Of a stretch of DNA of 64,000 nt, positions 63,401 to 64,000 are shown piece after piece (position 1 is the first letter of the stretch; each line of letters begins with the position of its first letter). The notes below the pieces were generated by a model. It saw only the letters and a list, made by a program, of their open reading frames with translations, was not told the DNA's origin and made no database searches. The position numbers and the translations under genes were made by a program. Origin of the DNA: Leptogorgia sarmentosa (lineage: Eukaryota); NCBI GenBank assembly GCA_964658305.1, contig OZ210884.1, forward strand, positions 1,116,001-1,180,000, given 5' to 3'.

Positions 63401-63984
63401 TGGCGCAAACACGAACGTTGCAAGCGACAAAGCAAGTTTTTGTAAAATATAAATACGATAGAAGTTAAAAACTTTACCTTGAAGGTTCTTAGTGACCTCG
63501 TTTTGATAATTTTAGTCTAATTTTTTCCCTTTGTTGCATGCTATAACACTCCATTTTCCAGTCGCTTCGTTCATATTTATGGCGGCTGTTCGGTAAGCCG
63601 CCATTTTGAAAAAAATTTAACAAGTGAGTGTCGAGAATCGAACTTTTACGACCAATCCTTTTGCAGAAAATGCTCTAGTCCTTAAAATTGATACTAAACT
63701 TCAATATGTGACCAGTGTAGGTAACAGAAAACAATATCAAAATGCAGCAGAATGACAACCCATCCTCCAAATGATACACTACTCATTGAAATAAACTTGT
63801 GTTCTCATGTAAACTTTTCTGATCACACATCATGCACAAACCACATGTATAGAACATATTGTGTTTGTATTCCAGAACAACTTGGATTCGTTTGGATGTT
63901 GTACGCATGTTTATTGAACACACCTGTCCACAGGGACTATCAAACCACCCAGCTGATGCACAGAACGCTCTGCGGCTATTTAAG
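183..63984 (+). CDS. RNF213: RNF213/mysterin-like giant AAA+ ATPase (E3 ligase family), partial, 53 coding exons traced
   Basis: Chain of GT-AG exons with matching phases. Translations contain RNF213-like motifs (DPSWAELYHFVNFLNVQLRDCE, HPYIFFN, DPDPTYELTTDN, GETGCGKT, FFDEANTT, LVWDFGQL, SFVSLRDVER, GKPGSSKSLAK, VLDEIGLAEDSP, NWALDPAKMNRG, FFGLRDFYS, FGSSFPKD, YESLYDALNQ, FPIPLINRLEK). No start or stop codon in the window. Confidence 0.95.
585..910 (+). mobile_element. Partial non-autonomous hairpin element (same family as 11383-11863)
   Basis: Reverse-complement match to about 11383-11750; IR agccatataata 763-774; hairpin 781-901 with deleted apex. Confidence 0.7.
2106..2304 (+). CDS. RNF213: RNF213-like exon
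   Basis: cag|..|gtaagt; DLFNMDRLLKRTF. Confidence 0.8.
3533..3588 (+). CDS. RNF213: RNF213-like exon (short)
   Basis: tag|VEDLAFFFNELKKTLLHM|gtatat; bridges phase 0 to phase 2. Confidence 0.65.
4307..4679 (+). CDS. RNF213: RNF213-like exon
   Basis: cag|..WNEELQ|gt; open frame. Confidence 0.75.
5138..5312. mobile_element. hAT-like MITE
   Basis: TIR caatgacgtaggaac / gttcctacgtccctg; imperfect 8-bp flank gatatctt/gatatcga. Confidence 0.5.
5498..5593 (+). CDS. RNF213: RNF213-like exon
   Basis: VWNKLLSLSGPEVFSKQWRDKFITKFQSRIQK; phase 0/0. Confidence 0.75.
5886..6723. mobile_element. Tc1/mariner-type MITE with long TIRs
   Basis: About 225-bp imperfect TIRs (CCGGGTGGCGC...GCGCTACCCGG), TA on both sides. 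Confidence 0.8.
7540..7650 (+). CDS. RNF213: RNF213-like exon
   Basis: LSPLRRIDLF...AAFEAMEIIVK|gtaagt. Confidence 0.75.
8191..8392 (+). CDS. RNF213: RNF213-like exon
   Basis: LLNHLLTWPIWPGFLKFF|gtaagg. Confidence 0.8.
8448..8820 (+). mobile_element. Non-autonomous hairpin element
   Basis: IRs TTATTATATGGCA (8448-8460) / TGCCATATAGTAA (8728-8740) followed by a degenerate hairpin. Confidence 0.6.
9696..10007 (+). CDS. RNF213: RNF213-like exon
   Basis: GTVKVATLKLLEKH; phase 1/1. Confidence 0.85.
11383..11863 (-). mobile_element. Non-autonomous hairpin element
   Basis: Hairpin 11383-11524; IRs ttattatatagct (11530-11542) / agctatataat (11853-11863); CCAAT near the far end. Confidence 0.75.
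12366..12958 (+). CDS. RNF213: RNF213-like exon
   Basis: SRIFQDLWKK...MGLTGDFSQV. Confidence 0.9.
13163..13314. mobile_element. MITE with 3-bp ATT target duplication
   Basis: TIR AGCGAGGTTCAGATTTGACTTCCACTACCGCT; ATT on both sides. Confidence 0.7.
14197..14379. mobile_element. PIF/Harbinger-like MITE
   Basis: TTA|GGGCCCGTTCACAC...GTATGAACGGGCCT|TTA. Confidence 0.7.
15275..15437 (+). CDS. RNF213: RNF213-like exon
   Basis: CLRTFTDCFELVTWIKE. Confidence 0.9.
16718..16935 (+). CDS. RNF213: RNF213-like exon
   Basis: ELKVFVDLAMISAGEEDMEIDR. Confidence 0.92.
17124..17447 (+). CDS. RNF213: RNF213-like exon
   Basis: WLKQVKESHGSV...DVQSKLMLIAGK. Confidence 0.92.
17905..18737 (+). CDS. RNF213: RNF213-like exon with acidic/UBA-like insertion
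   Basis: RSKCYSLNHFTMKQILNLRKEL. Confidence 0.9.
19100..19212 (+). CDS. RNF213: RNF213-like exon
   Basis: YLTLETLAAILEKL|gtaagt. Confidence 0.85.
19792..19866 (+). CDS. RNF213: RNF213-like exon
   Basis: RKLPAVLKEGEPNLLLVP. Confidence 0.85.
20635..20741 (+). CDS. RNF213: RNF213-like exon
   Basis: LPTDEEVIVCDENTTAEE. Confidence 0.9.
20899..21034 (+). CDS. RNF213: RNF213-like exon
   Basis: VELLWRR...LVNADLLDYDV. Confidence 0.9.
21836..22070. mobile_element. PIF/Harbinger-like MITE
   Basis: TIR core ACAGACCGGACGCGATT / AATCGCGTCCGGTCTGT; TTAA-like flanks. Confidence 0.6.
22583..22787 (+). CDS. RNF213: RNF213-like exon
   Basis: YHLVVICSIENEDKS. Confidence 0.88.
23033..24138. repeat. 21-bp tandem satellite (TGCACTGTGATTACAGAAAAT)n, about 52 units
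   Basis: Read directly from the sequence; no spacers. Confidence 0.97.
24226..24481 (+). CDS. RNF213: RNF213-like exon with P-loop (AAA2-type Walker A)
   Basis: VVQSSRAGMGKSL...IFHLDMS. Confidence 0.92.
25218..25397 (+). CDS. RNF213: RNF213-like exon
   Basis: FLFKLVILRIVKDHSGNLWRR...YVIE. Confidence 0.9.
25424..25646. mobile_element. PIF/Harbinger-like MITE
   Basis: About 45-bp TIR AGGCCGG..CTGTACAACTTTTGCTTACAAC; TTA target duplication. Confidence 0.7.
25812..25923 (+). CDS. RNF213: RNF213-like exon
   Basis: FLPRTHCLTPRETL. Confidence 0.85.
26810..26975 (+). CDS. RNF213: RNF213-like exon
   Basis: FRSEEYQRTFQYL...NLDQFSF. Confidence 0.9.
27215..27519 (+). mobile_element. Non-autonomous hairpin element (deleted copy of the 44921-45350 family)
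   Basis: High identity to 44921-45350; starts TTATTATACATTT and retains only the right hairpin arm. Confidence 0.75.
28040..28211 (+). CDS. RNF213: RNF213-like exon
   Basis: CGIRDPSWAELYHFVNFLNVQLRDCEKSVFC. Confidence 0.93.
28702..28811 (+). CDS. RNF213: RNF213-like exon
   Basis: DFATRSL...LAPFQIRRRWE. Confidence 0.92.
29775..29969 (+). CDS. RNF213: RNF213-like exon
   Basis: PHPYIFFNHDRVSMTFLGF. Confidence 0.93.
30509..30631 (+). CDS. RNF213: RNF213-like exon
   Basis: DPDPTYELTTDNVEKILAIHMRF. Confidence 0.93.
31752..31869 (+). CDS. RNF213: RNF213-like exon, AAA3 Walker A
   Basis: CGIPVIIMGETGCGKTRLIRFM. Confidence 0.95.
32031..32487 (-). mobile_element. Non-autonomous hairpin element
   Basis: Hairpin 32031-32192 with GGC-GAA-GCC apex; IRs ttatatgacac (32194-32204) / gtgttatataa (32474-32484). 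Confidence 0.75.
33066..33301 (+). CDS. RNF213: RNF213-like exon, AAA3 Walker B
   Basis: VHGGT...VLFFDEANTT...IAACNPYR. Confidence 0.95.
33535..33780. mobile_element. Tc1/mariner-type MITE
   Basis: TA|CAGGGGGTGGACAAAAAAAAGTGGCCC...GGGCCACTTTTTTTTATCCTCCCCCTG|TA. Confidence 0.7.
34118..34200 (+). CDS. RNF213: RNF213-like exon
   Basis: HTDEMIKKLESAGLGY. Confidence 0.93.
34401..34555 (+). CDS. RNF213: RNF213-like exon
   Basis: IPLRQLVYRVHPLPESMRPLVWDFGQL; donor gtaagt at 34556, alternative donor possible at 34538. Confidence 0.88.
35131..35232 (+). CDS. RNF213: putative extra or duplicated RNF213-like exon
   Basis: tttgaaag|PSTVGPATYFRRILLSKAARPSRIAEAKYARKEK|gtaatg; phase 0/0; resembles the next exon. 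Confidence 0.5.
35595..35708 (+). CDS. RNF213: RNF213-like exon
   Basis: IAKVLSASQKYMRDEK|gtaact. Confidence 0.85.
36639..36887 (+). CDS. RNF213: RNF213-like exon
   Basis: NECSFVSLRDVERAMKVIMWFY plus an acidic tract. Confidence 0.92.
37348..37508 (+). CDS. RNF213: RNF213-like exon
   Basis: RAVILGIGVCYYARL. Confidence 0.92.
38289..38511 (+). CDS. RNF213: RNF213-like exon, AAA4 Walker A
   Basis: ALSENVFMM...IPLFVVGKPGSSKSLAK. Confidence 0.95.
38770..39076 (+). mobile_element. Non-autonomous hairpin element
   Basis: IRs TTATTATACATT (38770-38781) / AATGTATAATAA (38953-38964); hairpin 38965-39076. Confidence 0.75.
39745..40097 (+). CDS. RNF213: RNF213-like exon, AAA4 Walker B
   Basis: SYQCSP...VVVLDEIGLAEDSPLMPLKTLHPLLE...NWALDPAKMNRG. 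Confidence 0.95.
40740..40898 (+). CDS. RNF213: RNF213-like exon
   Basis: EFFGLRDFYS. Confidence 0.93.
41871..42030 (+). CDS. RNF213: RNF213-like exon
   Basis: LVKMV...IRRNFSG. Confidence 0.92.
42547..42614 (+). CDS. RNF213: RNF213-like exon
   Basis: FPSPKCLPLKLIRESL|gtaagt. Confidence 0.8.
42873..44604 (-). mobile_element. Crypton-like YR DNA transposon with a 13-bp IR pair and a terminal 148-bp hairpin
   Basis: TTATTATTCACTT (43023-43035) and AAGTGAATAATAA (44592-44604) flank the YR gene; palindrome 42873-43020 abuts the downstream IR. Confidence 0.8.
43237..44447 (-). pseudogene. Crypton-like tyrosine recombinase (DUF3504/KCTD1-ZMYM-related), frameshifted
   Basis: Catalytic set R (CRRGRQNLR), K (ELTKN), HxxR (TNHSIRAT), H (SGHRS), Y (SIRSY). 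The two ORFs are joined by a frameshift near 43921; the second frame reads IDASGVKYVEKIKDELTKNRR upstream of the Met at 43827. Confidence 0.88.
44921..45350 (+). mobile_element. Non-autonomous hairpin element with a YR N-terminal remnant
   Basis: Mini-ORF 45161-45211 MVYSRFASLNESELSF; IR aaatgtataataa 45210-45222; hairpin from 45223. Confidence 0.75.
45434..45563 (+). CDS. RNF213: RNF213-like exon
   Basis: ESRYLLVLTENYAAL...FGSSFPKDQQYTQ. Confidence 0.94.
45808..45915 (+). CDS. RNF213: RNF213-like exon
   Basis: ICRNINRIKVCMETG...YESLYDALNQ. Confidence 0.94.
46391..46476 (+). CDS. RNF213: RNF213-like exon
   Basis: YVDLGLGNHRVKCRV. Confidence 0.94.
46700..48200. repeat. Degenerate ~15-bp periodic repeat (GATGCTTCTGCAACN-like)
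   Basis: Recurrent tctgcaac/ttgcaac/gatgct motifs; translates to DASAT-like pentapeptides interrupted by many stops and frameshifts. Confidence 0.6.
48490..48666 (+). CDS. RNF213: RNF213-like exon
   Basis: FPIPLINRLEKH. Confidence 0.94.
49149..49251 (+). CDS. RNF213: RNF213-like exon
   Basis: DCFVGYHSDTAAAV. Confidence 0.9.
49479..49682 (+). CDS. RNF213: RNF213-like exon
   Basis: LLQCASPDAIARL...YFKKQKHGSL. Confidence 0.92.
49973..50109 (+). CDS. RNF213: RNF213-like exon
   Basis: ITTHSRLLS...LQEFHTEQQF. Confidence 0.92.
50689..51115 (+). CDS. RNF213: RNF213-like exon
   Basis: FVGFQGGKWESVHIDEL. Confidence 0.92.
51345..51449. repeat. (GTTCAY)n microsatellite
   Basis: gttcac/gttcat hexamer run. 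Confidence 0.9.
51525..51755. mobile_element. PIF/Harbinger-like MITE
   Basis: TIR GGCCCGTTTCAGACGTCGAACTT; TTA target duplication. Confidence 0.75.
51873..52032 (+). CDS. RNF213: RNF213-like exon
   Basis: LLKNCLQAAAA...RATKRIEILL. Confidence 0.9.
52672..53115 (+). CDS. RNF213: RNF213-like exon
   Basis: LQETGTFRKALW...FPFSWII. Confidence 0.92.
54921..55420. repeat. Dispersed repeat, copy 1 (paired with 60191-60660)
   Basis: Shared blocks such as gacagtcttgc..ttacaaaac..aacttac.ctggaattgaacagtgaac and ccgccat.tttttgag. Confidence 0.65.
56899..57825 (+). CDS. Intronless rhodopsin-class (class A) GPCR nested in an RNF213 intron
   Basis: Seven hydrophobic segments; TM1 GN, TM2 NLALADL, Cys at the start of TM3, VDRY, TM4 W, TM5 P, TM7 NVFIY (NPxxY variant); ATG at 56899 (MLNIT, N-glycosylation sequon). 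Confidence 0.9.
   Translation: MLNITYLSTLPSAILISSVVFKFFAMIIGVLGNITIIIYTIFTSKEKTATSYLIGNLALADLLVCLTFYPIWMTEFIQTLLNIDSDQELFCKLSRSIIWALLFASVATLLAITVDRYFYIVKPLKYPLIVTKQRVFVTMSVIWLTACCPFIVLFVNFKVAKASIRSFCYLNDELFYFIQTFTVYFPLSVIVIVNVWILIVAEKQRKRILEETATNTSTVNRFFHGLKAVKTFSIVVAVLTCCILIPTIVGLALYESSCNSCLSFWYVVLNYEFYGINSIVNVFIYGMRHIKYRKASGQIIFKILCCNK
58500..58583. repeat. Short palindromic element with GTCGCGG repeats
   Basis: GAGAGAATCTAATTGTCGCGGGTCGCG and its reverse complement at the other end. Confidence 0.7.
59150..59627. repeat. 21-bp tandem satellite, same unit, about 22 units
   Basis: Same unit and same upstream flank as the array at 23033. Confidence 0.95.
60191..60660. repeat. Dispersed repeat, copy 2
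   Basis: Same orientation as 54921-55420; diverged. Confidence 0.65.
60717..60889 (+). CDS. RNF213: RNF213-like exon
   Basis: SPLGNLL...YLNDFLHM; phase matches the exon ending at 53115. Confidence 0.85.
61358..61567 (+). CDS. RNF213: RNF213-like exon
   Basis: IPFIHFTYSLIQARLVNFSEL. Confidence 0.85.
62810..63054 (+). CDS. RNF213: RNF213-like exon
   Basis: LEPK...WCNRVQSIRP. Confidence 0.85.
63876..63984 (+). CDS. RNF213: RNF213-like exon
   Basis: TWIRLDVVRMFIEH|gtaaac. Confidence 0.82.
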
Positions 63985-64000
63985 GTAAACCAACTTTTCT

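Overview
AT-rich animal genomic DNA; a marine invertebrate such as a cnidarian is my inference from gene and repeat content. The whole window lies inside one large, intron-rich + strand gene encoding an RNF213/mysterin-like dynein-type AAA+ protein. I traced 53 phase-compatible GT-AG exons from 183 to 63984, covering the stalk, the AAA ring (Walker motifs RAGMGKS, GETGCGKT/FFDEAN, GKPGSSKS/VLDEIG) and the region downstream of it; both gene ends lie outside the window. The introns hold a same-strand single-exon rhodopsin-class GPCR (56899-57825), two arrays of a 21-bp satellite, many MITEs and a frameshifted Crypton-like tyrosine recombinase (YR) element (42873-44604, minus strand). The most interesting signal is the shared architecture of that YR element and at least seven related non-autonomous elements, some partial. 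Each reads short IR - CCAAT - core/ORF - reverse IR - about 150-bp imperfect hairpin. The hairpins carry strand-specific C-GAA-G apex loops and tandem G.A mismatches, and the elements stack and nest at each other's ends. This layout parallels integron gene cassettes (attC) and suggests recombination through folded single-stranded DNA; that mechanism is a hypothesis.
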